Part shown: in pieces, positions 51,704 to 61,662 of the stretch
Layout: every line of letters begins with the position of its first letter
Position numbering within the stretch: the first letter of the stretch is position 1
NCBI GenBank assembly: GCA_964554105.1
Contig: CAZKNF010000013.1
Coordinates: 1 to 63,095 of the forward strand
DNA: 63,095 nt
Reading direction: 5' to 3'
From: an uncultured Rhodothermales bacterium
GTDB lineage: Bacteria > Bacteroidota > Rhodothermia > Rhodothermales > VXPQ01
Position numbers and translations under genes: made by a program
Notes under the pieces: model-generated
The model's database searches: none
What the model saw: the letters and a program-made list of their open reading frames with translations, nothing else
Told to the model about the DNA's origin: nothing

Positions 51704-52837
51704 GTGACCTCTCTCATGTCTGTACGTCCTTATCTGAGTCGCCAAAAAAAGTTGTCCGCAATCCTCAGTGAACGCAACCTGCATCTGCTGGCGTTGGGCC
51801 CGGGCCCAACGCTTACATACCTGACGGGCCTTCACTTCCACACTAGCGAACGACCTGTCCTGTTCGTTTTCACAAGCGACTCCATGCCTCTGGCGGTTCT
51901 CCCGGAACTTGAGCACGGAAAACTTCGAGACGTCGATTTCGAATTGAGACCCTTTACGTACAACGAGGATCCATCAACATGGAAGCGCGCGTTCCGAAAC
52001 GTCGCGGCGGCTGCACACCTGGACCTCCGGCGAGTCGCCATCGAACCGCGTCGGCTGCGTGTTTTGGAGTTGCGTATGCTCGAAAATGCTGCACCTCGAT
52101 CAGCTTTCATCAGCGGCGAAGCCGTAACATCGGCGCTCCGCATAATAAAGGATGAGGCTGAAATCAAATCGATGCGCCGCGCTGTCAGCGTCGCGCAGAG
52201 CGCCATTAGACAAACGCTGCATCAACTGAAAGAAGGGATAACTGAAGAGGAGGTGGCTTCAGAGCTCGTCCTCCAGTTGCTGCGGGCGGGTAGCGATACC
52301 GAACTGCCATTTTCTCCTATCGTCGCATTCGGCGATCATACGGCGAATCCCCACGCTACACCGCGCGATCGCAAGCTCACGTCCGGCGACCTCATACTTT
52401 TCGATTGGGGCGCGGCGGCCGGCGGCTATGTATCCGACCTTACTCGAATGTTCTCCTTCGGCGAGGTTGACGAGACGCTCGCCGGCATCACACGCGTTGT
52501 TGAACGGGCGAATCAGGCTGCTTTCGATGCCGCATTTCCGAATGTCGCTGCCGGTGATGTCGATAGGGCTGCACGATCGGTAATCGAAGAGGCTGGTTTC
52601 GGACCGTACTTTATGCATCGCACGGGACACGGGCTCGGACTCGAGGCACACGAAGAACCATATATCCGAGGCGACAGCGACCTGAAGCTTAGGCCTGGCA
52701 TGGCATTCACCATCGAACCCGGAATTTACCTGCCGGATCTGGGAGGAGCGCGCATCGAGGACGACGTAATCGTGACGCAGGATGGAGCGGAACGACTTAG
52801 CGACCTTCCAAGGACGCTCGTTCAACTAGGGGACTGA
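51704..52837 (+). CDS. M24B Xaa-Pro dipeptidase/aminopeptidase (second paralog)
   Basis: ANPH, DWG..SDLTR, HRTGHGLGL..HE.P, TIEPGIY, GARIED. Confidence 0.94.
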   Translation: MTSLMSVRPYLSRQKKLSAILSERNLHLLALGPGPTLTYLTGLHFHTSERPVLFVFTSDSMPLAVLPELEHGKLRDVDFELRPFTYNEDPSTWKRAFRNVAAAAHLDLRRVAIEPRRLRVLELRMLENAAPRSAFISGEAVTSALRIIKDEAEIKSMRRAVSVAQSAIRQTLHQLKEGITEEEVASELVLQLLRAGSDTELPFSPIVAFGDHTANPHATPRDRKLTSGDLILFDWGAAAGGYVSDLTRMFSFGEVDETLAGITRVVERANQAAFDAAFPNVAAGDVDRAARSVIEEAGFGPYFMHRTGHGLGLEAHEEPYIRGDSDLKLRPGMAFTIEPGIYLPDLGGARIEDDVIVTQDGAERLSDLPRTLVQLGD

Positions 52838-55450
52838 GCTTTCATCCTCCGGTAGTGCGGCCTCGCTCGAAGCATCTTCCGTACCGTCGTTCTCGGTAGG
52901 TACGGTATCCGGATTCTCCGGCGAAGTGTCGTCGTTGTTCTCCGCATTTCCGGTGGACGTATCCGGCGCGGTGGGCGCCCTGCGCGAAGGTAACCGCTCT
53001 AAGAGCGAGTCGAGCCTGTTGTTTTCCCGTTCCGAACGTGTAAGCGAATCGGCGATTTCATCCGAACGTTCATCCAAATCGATGCGAATGTCGCCGCTGT
53101 TCCGGTCAGAAAGGTAAGTATCGCCCTGGCGCGGGCCCTCGTCATCACCTCCAAACAATACCTGCCAGGCGTTCACAAGCGCATCCTTGAGCGACGCCCC
53201 GAGACTCGCAATCCACGACGGCTCCTCGGCGAATTCAGGTGGAGGAGGAAACCGTTCATCACCTCCCTGGACGACGCCAGCCTGGAGAGCCTGGCGGAAA
53301 AAATCGCCGACGACGAATAGTGCATTATTCCCTCCCTGCCCCCAGTAGTCGGTCCGGAAGGTGACCCGCGGATTGTTGAATCCAATCCAGCTTCCAGCTA
53401 CGAGGTTCGGATGCATGAGGATGAACCAGCCATCGGCACCGTTCTGCGTGGTGCCCGTCTTCCCGGCAACGTCGTGTTGAATCCCAAACGTCGATCGGAT
53501 CCGACTGCCCGTTCCGCGGTCGATAACGCCGCGCATCATGTCCACGACGGCCCTGGCAGACCTTTCATTCAGACGCCGCCGCTCCCTGGGTGCGAACTCT
53601 TCGAGAACGCGCCCTCGACGATCCGTGATATGAGTTACTATGATGGGCTCTCGATAGATGCCGTCGTTCGCGAACGTGCCATAGGCGGAGACCATCTCGA
53701 ATAGGGTAACTTCACTGGTGCCCAGTGCGATCGACGGGACATCGCGCAGCTCGCTTCGATTCACTCCCATCCTCCGTGCCAGCGCTGCGATGTCGCGCGG
53801 ACCCACTTCATTTGCGAGCTGAACGGTGATCGTGTTCTTAGAATAGACAAGTCCGTCGGTTAGAGACATCGCATCACCTGATACGGATTCACCGGCGTTT
53901 TGCGGCTTCCACACATAGCCGTTCTCAAGTTGAATTTCCACATCTCTGTCTATCAATTCGTCGAGCGGTGTGAATCCTTCCTCCAGAGCTCGCGCGTAAA
54001 CAAATGGTTTGAAGGTGGACCCCGGCTGGCGGCGTGCTCGAGCGACATGGTCGTACTGATCCTGCTCGAAATCACGACCCCCCACCCATGCTCGGATATG
54101 TCCAGTCTCTGGTTCAATCGCCATGAATCCCGCCTCCAACCGCGTCATCGATCGCCGGAGCGAGTCGACAAGTGCATCGTCCCTGAGTAGGCTGTCGACC
54201 ATCACATCCACATCGATGCCGGCGTCTGCCCCCGAGCGGTACTCTCTCGTCGAGCGAATTGCCGAAGGCAGTAGATCCGGTCGGATACGCCATAATTCCG
54301 AAAAGCCTCCTCGCCTATATCCTGTGTATCTCGCAGGGTTGCTCGCCAGAATACGTGGTGAATCCATGCTCCATTCGACATCCGCTACTGCCTGCAGTGC
54401 ATTCCCTTGGCGTTCGACTGCTCTCTCGGCCATCTCTTGCATTCGGCTATCGAGCGTCGTGTGGATGACGAGGCTGTCCCGATATACGTTGTAGCCGTGT
54501 CGGTCCGACCAGTCAATCATCCACATGCGGACGTGTTCGGTAAAATGTGGCGCCCTGCTTCCAGGCTCCCGCTGACGTTCGAAATTCAACCTGATGGGCT
54601 GCTCCTGATTTACCTCGAATTCCGCTTCGTCGAGAAATCCCCGTTTGACCATTTGGAGCAGCGCGACATTCCGGCGTTCGAGAGCACGCTCCGGGTTTCG
54701 CACCGGATTATAGTAGTAAGTGCCTTTCAGCATCCCAACCAGCGTGGCACTCTCAAGGACGTCGAGATCGGCTGCCGATTTACTAAAATAGGTTCGCGAT
54801 GCCATCTCGATACCGTAAGCACCAAAGTAGAACGGCACGGTGTTCAGGTATGCCTCGAGTATCTGGTCCTTATCAAAAACGTACTCGATCTTGAATGCCG
54901 TAATCAGCTCCTTCAGCTTTCGGTCGATCGTTTGTCGCCTCCCAATGCGGTCGGGAAACATGTTTCTCGCCAGCTGCTGAGTGATCGTCGATCCACCCTG
55001 CATGTCGCCGCTAAGTGTCCCGATGATCGCGCCGGCCAGGCGGACGGGATCCACTCCCGGATGTTGGTAGAAGCGGTGATCCTCCGTCGCGACGAGGGCT
55101 TGCACGACGTGATCCGATACCTGGTCGAGCGAGACCCACTCTCGGTTAACTCGCCTGAAATGGGTGAGCACTTCGCCATCAGCCGACAGCACGATGCTCG
55201 GCTGTTCAATGCGTGACTTTCTGAGGGTCTCGATCCCCGGCGTGAAAGGAATAAGCAGTATCGTATACACGTATACCCACAGCATGAGCAGTGCTGTGAG
55301 GGCAATGCCTCCAACTCCGACGAGCTTCAGTCGTCGCGTCGGGAGCACATCGGTGCCAAACAGGATATCCACGTAGCGACGCAGAATGCGACCCAGGTTC
55401 AGTAGCTGGTCTCGCGACCAGCGGAAAAATCGGAGTACCTCGTCGTTCAC
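52826..55450 (-). CDS. Class A penicillin-binding protein (PBP1A family)
   Basis: Transglycosylase EDHRF, GGSTITQQL, RKLKE; transpeptidase STFK, SKN, KTG. Confidence 0.96.
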   Translation of the reverse strand: MNDEVLRFFRWSRDQLLNLGRILRRYVDILFGTDVLPTRRLKLVGVGGIALTALLMLWVYVYTILLIPFTPGIETLRKSRIEQPSIVLSADGEVLTHFRRVNREWVSLDQVSDHVVQALVATEDHRFYQHPGVDPVRLAGAIIGTLSGDMQGGSTITQQLARNMFPDRIGRRQTIDRKLKELITAFKIEYVFDKDQILEAYLNTVPFYFGAYGIEMASRTYFSKSAADLDVLESATLVGMLKGTYYYNPVRNPERALERRNVALLQMVKRGFLDEAEFEVNQEQPIRLNFERQREPGSRAPHFTEHVRMWMIDWSDRHGYNVYRDSLVIHTTLDSRMQEMAERAVERQGNALQAVADVEWSMDSPRILASNPARYTGYRRGGFSELWRIRPDLLPSAIRSTREYRSGADAGIDVDVMVDSLLRDDALVDSLRRSMTRLEAGFMAIEPETGHIRAWVGGRDFEQDQYDHVARARRQPGSTFKPFVYARALEEGFTPLDELIDRDVEIQLENGYVWKPQNAGESVSGDAMSLTDGLVYSKNTITVQLANEVGPRDIAALARRMGVNRSELRDVPSIALGTSEVTLFEMVSAYGTFANDGIYREPIIVTHITDRRGRVLEEFAPRERRRLNERSARAVVDMMRGVIDRGTGSRIRSTFGIQHDVAGKTGTTQNGADGWFILMHPNLVAGSWIGFNNPRVTFRTDYWGQGGNNALFVVGDFFRQALQAGVVQGGDERFPPPPEFAEEPSWIASLGASLKDALVNAWQVLFGGDDEGPRQGDTYLSDRNSGDIRIDLDERSDEIADSLTRSERENNRLDSLLERLPSRRAPTAPDTSTGNAENNDDTSPENPDTVPTENDGTEDASSEAALPEDESSVP

Positions 55451-55542
55451 GTGCCCAGCTTCATCGTGATGTGGTCAATCGCCTCGCTCCTGCGTGTTCT
55501 ACATTCCTAACATCGTTACCGTTCACGTTTCGTGTGAGGTTT

Positions 55543-55579
55543 CACGCCCCCTACATTGAAACACGCCCCTACATTGAAA
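55543..55579. repeat. Near-perfect tandem duplication (19 + 18 nt)
   Basis: CACGCCCCCTACATTGAAA (55543-55561) followed by CACGCCCCTACATTGAAA (55562-55579). Confidence 0.9.
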
Positions 55580-55617
55580 AGAGTAGGTTGAAACTGGTCT
55601 CCACGAACAACAAGTCT

Positions 55618-56400
55618 ATGGAACTGGCAGGTAAAGTAGCGGTGATTACGGGCGGCGGATCCGGCATCGGTGCGGCCGCGGCCCGGCTTTTTGCCCGGGA
55701 AGGTGCACGCGTCGTCGTCGTCGGCCGTACGAAGAAAAAGCTCGACAACACGGTCGAGATGATTGAGCGGGACGGCGGATATGGACTGGCCATAACGGGA
55801 GACATATCGGCCGCCGGCGAGATGAAGAACCTTTTCGCCGAGGTCGAATCACACTGGGATCGGCTCGACGTTGTTTTCGCCCACGCAGGCGTAAACGGCG
55901 TCTGGGCACCCGTGGAAGAGATCGAGCCGGAGGAGTGGAATAAAACCATCGACATTAATCTCACCGGCACGTTCCTCACGGCCAAATATGCTGTCCCGCT
56001 TCTCAAGAAGCAGGGGGGATCGATCATCATCACCTCGTCCATCAACGGCACGAGGAGATTCACGGGCGCCGGCGCAAGTGCCTACTCTGCGTCTAAAGCC
56101 GGACAAATCGCATTTATGAAGATGATCGCGCTCGAGCTTGCAAAGCATCGCATTCGCGTGAACGCCATCTGTCCGGGGGCCGTCTCGACGGATATCGAGC
56201 AGACTACCGAGCTGAGAAATGTCGAATCTGCAGCGGAGCCGGTTCGCTACCCGGAAGGCGACATCCCTTTAACGGACGGCGAACCAGGTACATCTGAGCA
56301 GGTGGCTGAACTCGTGCTATTCCTCGCCTCCGATCGATCGAGCCATATCAGCGGTACTCCGATATGGATCGACGGAGCGGAGTCCCTTCTTCAGGGATAG
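55618..56400 (+). CDS. Classical SDR oxidoreductase
   Basis: TGGGSGIG, HAG, YSASK, IRVNAICPG, IDG. Confidence 0.95.
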   Translation: MELAGKVAVITGGGSGIGAAAARLFAREGARVVVVGRTKKKLDNTVEMIERDGGYGLAITGDISAAGEMKNLFAEVESHWDRLDVVFAHAGVNGVWAPVEEIEPEEWNKTIDINLTGTFLTAKYAVPLLKKQGGSIIITSSINGTRRFTGAGASAYSASKAGQIAFMKMIALELAKHRIRVNAICPGAVSTDIEQTTELRNVESAAEPVRYPEGDIPLTDGEPGTSEQVAELVLFLASDRSSHISGTPIWIDGAESLLQG

Positions 56401-56424
56401 CCGCCGAGCGGCGGCCGAAGGCAG

Positions 56425-57162
56425 CTATGAATTCACGATTTCACCGTTCTCTGCGTCGAACAAAAGAAATGGGGGATCGTCAGGACGATGACTCTTGAGC
56501 ACCGGAATCGACACGTTGTAAATTGGAACGTCGTTCGCAGTTCTTCCCTCGGGCGCACCCTTGTGTGCATGACCGTGGAAGGCAGCGGATACCTCATAAT
56601 GGTTGAGTGGATCCTCCAGTCTGCTTGTCCCGAGAAATGGGTAGATTTCGGGGGATTCCCCTTCGACGGTCTCTCGAATGGGGGCATAGTGGAGTAGAAC
56701 GATCCGGATCTCCGTCTCCAGGCGTGACAGTGCCGTCTCCAGTTTGAGCACTTCATCGACAGCTGCCTGAACAAAATCCTTATAGATTTTCTCGCCCCAT
56801 GGGTTCAGGGCCCATCGATCAAAGCCGCCGGCAAATCCACATGCGCCGGCAAATCCGACGCCGTCTAGCACCGTCGATTCTCCGTCAAGCAGCTTTACAC
56901 CTGCATCTTCCATGATGCTTCGTACATCTCCAGGAGTTCCCGACTCGAAATCGTGATTGCCAAGCACGGCGAGGATGGGAGTGTGGAGATAGGCGTGCAC
57001 GTCTTCGGCGAGCGCTTCAGCTTCTTCCCGAAGACCATAGTCCGTCAGATCTCCACAAAGCAGCACGACGTCTGCGGAGTCAGACATGGCTTTGAACAAA
57101 TCCTCCAGCTTGCCGCGCGAGTCGCGGCCGTAATGAAGATCACTTATAGCGGCAATATGCAT
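56425..57162 (-). CDS. Calcineurin-like metallophosphoesterase
   Basis: SDLH, GDLTD, GNHD, LLH, HGHAH. Confidence 0.93.
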   Translation of the reverse strand: MHIAAISDLHYGRDSRGKLEDLFKAMSDSADVVLLCGDLTDYGLREEAEALAEDVHAYLHTPILAVLGNHDFESGTPGDVRSIMEDAGVKLLDGESTVLDGVGFAGACGFAGGFDRWALNPWGEKIYKDFVQAAVDEVLKLETALSRLETEIRIVLLHYAPIRETVEGESPEIYPFLGTSRLEDPLNHYEVSAAFHGHAHKGAPEGRTANDVPIYNVSIPVLKSHRPDDPPFLLFDAENGEIVNS

Positions 57163-57369
57163 ACAGGGATGCTCTTTTCTCGTCCCTTTTGTAACAACTG
57201 ACCACGAATACACGAGATACCTTTTTCATCGTGAGCTTAGGCTCGAAGATCCTCTGCGTCATAAGCACTGTCAACGCGGGCGATGCAACAAGCTTGCAAT
57301 CCCGCGCCAAGAGATGCCACCAGTATCTGTTTTCTCGATGGTCTCACGCCTCCCTTAGTCACTATTACA

Positions 57370-58164
57370 ATGTCCGAATCTCCAGAGCTTGATTCCAGAT
57401 CCGCCGAGTTCTATGCGAAAGCAATGTCCGCTTTGCAGGAATCAGACATACCTTTCCTCCTGGGAGGAGCATATGCCCTGGCACGCTACACTGGGACAAC
57501 TCGACACACCAAAGATCTGGATCTCTTTGTACGAGCGCGCCACCTTGATGGGGCGCTCAAGAGCCTGCATGACGTGGGCTATGAGACGGAAGTCACCTAC
57601 CCGCATTGGCTTGCAAAAGTATACGAAGGCGACGCATCTGTCGATCTCATCTTTGCGTCGGGCAACGGCCTCTGGACCGTCGATGATACCTGGTTCGACC
57701 GGTCGACTCAAGAAGAAGTGCTTGGCGTTGACGTGCGTCTGTGCCCACCTGAGGAGATCGTTCTAATGAAAGCCTTCATCATGGAACGAGAAAGGTTCGA
57801 TGGCGCCGACATAGCCCACTTGCTTCGCGAGTGCGTCGATCGTCTGGACTGGGACCATCTTTTGAACCAGTTTGGATCCCACTGGCGCGTACTCTACGGA
57901 CACCTGATTCTATTCGGCTACATTTATCCATCTCGTCGCCATCTCGTCCCCCGCCGCGTTATGCGCGCATTCGCACGACGCCTCGAGAAGGAGGGTAATG
58001 AAGAATTCAAGCAAGACGTTTGCCGCGGCACGCTGCTCTCTCGCGCTCAGTATCTCTCCGATGTCGAGAATCTCAACTTTCATGATGCGCGTGAATGGCC
58101 GACCGGCTCTATGACCGAAAGTGAAATCGAGGACTGGACAGCCGCCATAGAGGACGATGAATAG
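57370..58164 (+). CDS. Nucleotidyltransferase (Pol-beta superfamily; GG...RxTxDxD type)
   Basis: FLLGGAYAL...RHTKDLDLF, WLAK, VDLIF, K.FIMERERFDGAD. Confidence 0.85.
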   Translation: MSESPELDSRSAEFYAKAMSALQESDIPFLLGGAYALARYTGTTRHTKDLDLFVRARHLDGALKSLHDVGYETEVTYPHWLAKVYEGDASVDLIFASGNGLWTVDDTWFDRSTQEEVLGVDVRLCPPEEIVLMKAFIMERERFDGADIAHLLRECVDRLDWDHLLNQFGSHWRVLYGHLILFGYIYPSRRHLVPRRVMRAFARRLEKEGNEEFKQDVCRGTLLSRAQYLSDVENLNFHDAREWPTGSMTESEIEDWTAAIEDDE

Positions 58165-58202
58165 CCGTTCCCGATCTCGGCATCCGCACGTACCGGCACC
58201 AA

Positions 58203-59036
58203 CTAACGCGCCTCGGCGTCCGGTGCGAGAAGCTGGTGGATGATCTCCAGCATCTGCCTCTGAGCGTCCACATGGCCATGCTGCGCCTCGACGTTGACGT
58301 ACGGTATACCCTCCCGACCGGCCAGGATCGACAGCGAACCGTCGTCCTGCGCGAGGGCATTGTCCTGCAGCACGACGTTCGCACCGCGGACTCGAAGCGA
58401 ATCGTACAATTCAGCCGTCGTAACGAAATAAAAGTCGTCAGGGTCTACGTCCGGAGCGAGATAAACAGATTCAGCATCGTCGGCCAGATCCCCGCCCTCG
58501 GCATAACTGAGTGCGGAGTAACGGTCCTCAGTATTGTTGTGGATCGTCACTAGAGTGGACATTGCACCAAACCCGATATACGACAGAAGGGAATCCGAGA
58601 ACGCTCGTACGGCCGCTCGTGCCTCGGAGTTGGATCGTCCACGTCGCGCAAGTGTGGCGTCTATTCCCTGATCCGTGAAAATGCGATTGGGATCGACCAC
58701 GTAGGTGGCATCGCCGATCTGAAACGTGATGTTTCTTTCTCCTTCATGCCGGAGTTCATAAATGACGCCTCCGTGCGACTGAAGAATCGCGAGTGCCGCC
58801 TCGACTGCCGTATTCTCGTCATCATGCAGATTAATGTAGGTCAACCCCGCGTCGTCGGATTGATGTACGACAAGATCAATCTTCGTTCCACCTAGAGACA
58901 GCGGAATGCGCGTTGTCGTGATCTTGTCAACCATCACCGCAGGCAGTAGCGTCACGATCCCGAGGGCGAGCACAGCGACGAGAATGCTTCGTCTGCCCAC
59001 ATCGAACAGTAAGCGACGGATTTCATGCGGCTGCAT
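58203..59036 (-). CDS. Exported hypothetical protein, probable M14/AstE-like zinc hydrolase
   Basis: N-terminal hydrophobic segment; LHDDE, DPNRIF, TIHNN and NVEA motifs in M14 order. Confidence 0.6.
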   Translation of the reverse strand: MQPHEIRRLLFDVGRRSILVAVLALGIVTLLPAVMVDKITTTRIPLSLGGTKIDLVVHQSDDAGLTYINLHDDENTAVEAALAILQSHGGVIYELRHEGERNITFQIGDATYVVDPNRIFTDQGIDATLARRGRSNSEARAAVRAFSDSLLSYIGFGAMSTLVTIHNNTEDRYSALSYAEGGDLADDAESVYLAPDVDPDDFYFVTTAELYDSLRVRGANVVLQDNALAQDDGSLSILAGREGIPYVNVEAQHGHVDAQRQMLEIIHQLLAPDAEAR

Positions 59037-60816
59037 TCCGGGTATCTTGCGCGAGGGACTCGGCTTCGATGATAAGGTCCTCGATGGCTTTCAATCCGAG
59101 CTTCCAGAAATTCGGATCTGTCAGATCGACATCCAGCCGGCTCAGCAGCACATGCGGCCAATCGGAGCCGCCGGATTCGAGTAGTTCGATATATTTCGAA
59201 GGGAACTGCGCGGGGTCATCAATGAACTTCGCGTAAAGCGCTAGAACGAGCAGCTCTCCGAACGCATACGCATAGACATAGCCCGGCGAGTGCAAGAAAT
59301 GCGGGATATAGCTCCACCAGTGCTTGTAGTGGTCGCCGAGCGTTACGCTGCCCTGAAACATCTCGCTTTGTGTCGCGAGCCAGTGATCTCCGAAATGGGC
59401 CGGTGTCAATTCGCCCTCCGAACGACGGACAGTATGGATTCGGTCTTCGAATCGGTTCATCGCCACCTGGCGAAAAACCGTCGCAATGGTATCATCAATT
59501 TTCCCTACGATCATCGCCAGTCGATTGCCGACATCAGCCTCTTCTTTCAGCAGGCGCTGAAAAACCAGCATTTCACCAAAGACCGAAGCCGTTTCTGCAG
59601 TCGTCAACGGCGTATTGGATTGCAGAAGGCCCTGCTTGTGGGAGAGATGCTGGTGAACACCGTGACCGAGTTCGTGCGCGAGCGTCTGCACATCTCTCGT
59701 CTTGCCCGTAAAGTTCATCAGGATGTATGGATGCACACTCGGGACGGCTCCGTGGCTGAAAGCACCACCCCGCTTACCCGGAGACACCGGCGCATCAATC
59801 CAGTTTCGATCGAAGAAATACGCCGCAATCCTCCCCATCTCCGGATGAAAGCCCATGTACGATTCGATTACGATCTCTCGCGCCTCGCTCCAATCATATC
59901 TGGTGTCGGCCTCTCCGATCGGCGCGTACCGGTCGAAATCCATGAGCTCGTCCAGGCCAAGCAGCTGCTTTTTGAGACTGTAGTACCGCGCGACGAGCTC
60001 ATATCGTGAAGTGACCGCCTCAATCAGTGCCTCGACGGTCTCGTCCGCGACCTCGTTCGACAGATTTCGACTCGAAAGCCAGTGCTCGTATCCCCGGAGC
60101 CTGTCATCCGAGTACTTATCGGCCAGAACAGTATTGAACACGAACGTGAGCTCGCGCTCGTGCGCCCGAAGACCCTCCGTCAACGAGTTTGCAGCTTTGC
60201 GGCGAGCGCTCCTGTCAGGTTCGTGCAGCTTAGACAGCACCTCCTGCTCTGTAATCGCCTCCCCGTCGAATTGAAACCGTGCCGCACCAAGTGTTTCGTC
60301 GAAGAACCTGTTCCACGCGCTGCGGCCTGTAACGGCCTTCTCCGACAGAACGCGTTCTTCAGGCTCCGAGAGAAGATAGTCCCTCCGAAGATGCTGAAGT
60401 TCAAGATAATGGCGATACGGGAGGAGATCGGGTTGCTTGAGAAATGCGCCGGCCTGATCACTGCTGAGATGGGCCCATTCCAACTCAAAGAAAATTAGCT
60501 TCTGGTTCGTTCGTGTATATGACTCGCGCACGCTTTGCAGCAGCGCTCCGCGAGCGGGATCGTTCGTGTCGGTCGACCAGTTGAGATAGGCGTACGTATA
60601 AGCGCGTCCAAGGCTGTCTTGCATGCCTTCGAATGACGTGAGGGCCTCCGCAAGTTCTTTTGCGCTGAGGTCCGAAACCTTGCCGCGATACCGATCTGCG
60701 AATGCATCGGCGTCTGCGTCCGCCTGGAGAAGAGCCTGTCTGAGGACGTCCGCCGACGGATAAAGATCGGAGAGATTCCAGCGAACGTCTTCTGCTCCGG
60801 TTCTGTCTTGCGCCAT
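59023..60816 (-). CDS. pepF: M3B oligoendopeptidase F
   Basis: WNLSDLY, GKRGGAF, TLAHELGH, AETASVFGE, W..IPHF...YVYAYAFG. Confidence 0.93.
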   Translation of the reverse strand: MAQDRTGAEDVRWNLSDLYPSADVLRQALLQADADADAFADRYRGKVSDLSAKELAEALTSFEGMQDSLGRAYTYAYLNWSTDTNDPARGALLQSVRESYTRTNQKLIFFELEWAHLSSDQAGAFLKQPDLLPYRHYLELQHLRRDYLLSEPEERVLSEKAVTGRSAWNRFFDETLGAARFQFDGEAITEQEVLSKLHEPDRSARRKAANSLTEGLRAHERELTFVFNTVLADKYSDDRLRGYEHWLSSRNLSNEVADETVEALIEAVTSRYELVARYYSLKKQLLGLDELMDFDRYAPIGEADTRYDWSEAREIVIESYMGFHPEMGRIAAYFFDRNWIDAPVSPGKRGGAFSHGAVPSVHPYILMNFTGKTRDVQTLAHELGHGVHQHLSHKQGLLQSNTPLTTAETASVFGEMLVFQRLLKEEADVGNRLAMIVGKIDDTIATVFRQVAMNRFEDRIHTVRRSEGELTPAHFGDHWLATQSEMFQGSVTLGDHYKHWWSYIPHFLHSPGYVYAYAFGELLVLALYAKFIDDPAQFPSKYIELLESGGSDWPHVLLSRLDVDLTDPNFWKLGLKAIEDLIIEAESLAQDTRNAAA

Positions 60817-60869
60817 TAAGTCGACGTTCTTACGTACTCTCTTTAGTGGAGATACAGGTCCGCAGCAGG

Positions 60870-61283
60870 TTAGCTCTCTTCTTCTTCTCCATTCTCCTGC
60901 GAAATCAAGTAGTCTTCGATGCTGCCTACGATAATTTTGACTTCATCGTCGACTTCCACGGCGAGAATATCACCCGCGCGAATCATCTTCTTGATCTTCT
61001 TCCGATCGATCTTCTTCAGGATGCGCCGTGCCTCCGTCCGCGTAACCGTATCCTCACGATAATCTTCCGAAAATGAATTTAGAAATCGGAATGTATCCTC
61101 CGAGAGTTCGATCACGCGAATCTCCTTGTTTTGATCGGAGAGCGCCCAACCAAGATCTGCATCGATCAGGTGCCGGTCGACCCACCGTACGAGGGTCTGC
61201 TTAGAGATTTGGAGTCGCTCAGAAAGTTGATCGAGCGACATGTCTTCAATTTCGGGAATAGGAACTGTGCTGTTGTTAGCCAC
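60870..61283 (-). CDS. Hypothetical protein with two Xis/MerR-like HTH segments
   Basis: MSLDQLSERLQISKQTLVRWVDRHLI and VTRTEARRILKKIDRKKIKKMIRAGDILAV...IEDYL. Confidence 0.65.
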   Translation of the reverse strand: MANNSTVPIPEIEDMSLDQLSERLQISKQTLVRWVDRHLIDADLGWALSDQNKEIRVIELSEDTFRFLNSFSEDYREDTVTRTEARRILKKIDRKKIKKMIRAGDILAVEVDDEVKIIVGSIEDYLISQENGEEEES

Positions 61284-61662
61284 GTGCGTCGGACATATAT
61301 GTGCCGAGAATTCTGCGAGGTGCAGGGATTTCCACGCCTTTATACGTCGTTATTACACATTTTCGTTCCGCATGCATGGTTCATAACGGGCATCGACCAG
61401 TATACATGAAGGAGCGCAGACGTACTTTACTGCTTGGTCGCCTGTCCTTTCTTTGACGATTTTGTATAAACCGCTTTATCCTCTCATAATTCCGCGACCG
61501 ATGCGGTAACATGTTTCTAATGTGGATGTGCGCCGCAGCGCCTACGTGCCGTATGCCATCTACGCGATCCTCCGCAGCGCCTTGGTGCCTTTGTCCATGC
61601 GACGCCGCGGTAATAAGCACGAGTAAATGGATGTAATCCTCCAACAGAGCTGGTAACGAATT

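Noticed and set aside
34287-52837. Short 3' overlaps of convergent genes (pfpI/copA, hypothetical/glycerate kinase, M24/PBP1A)
   Set aside because: Overlaps of 11-29 nt are ordinary in compact bacterial genomes.
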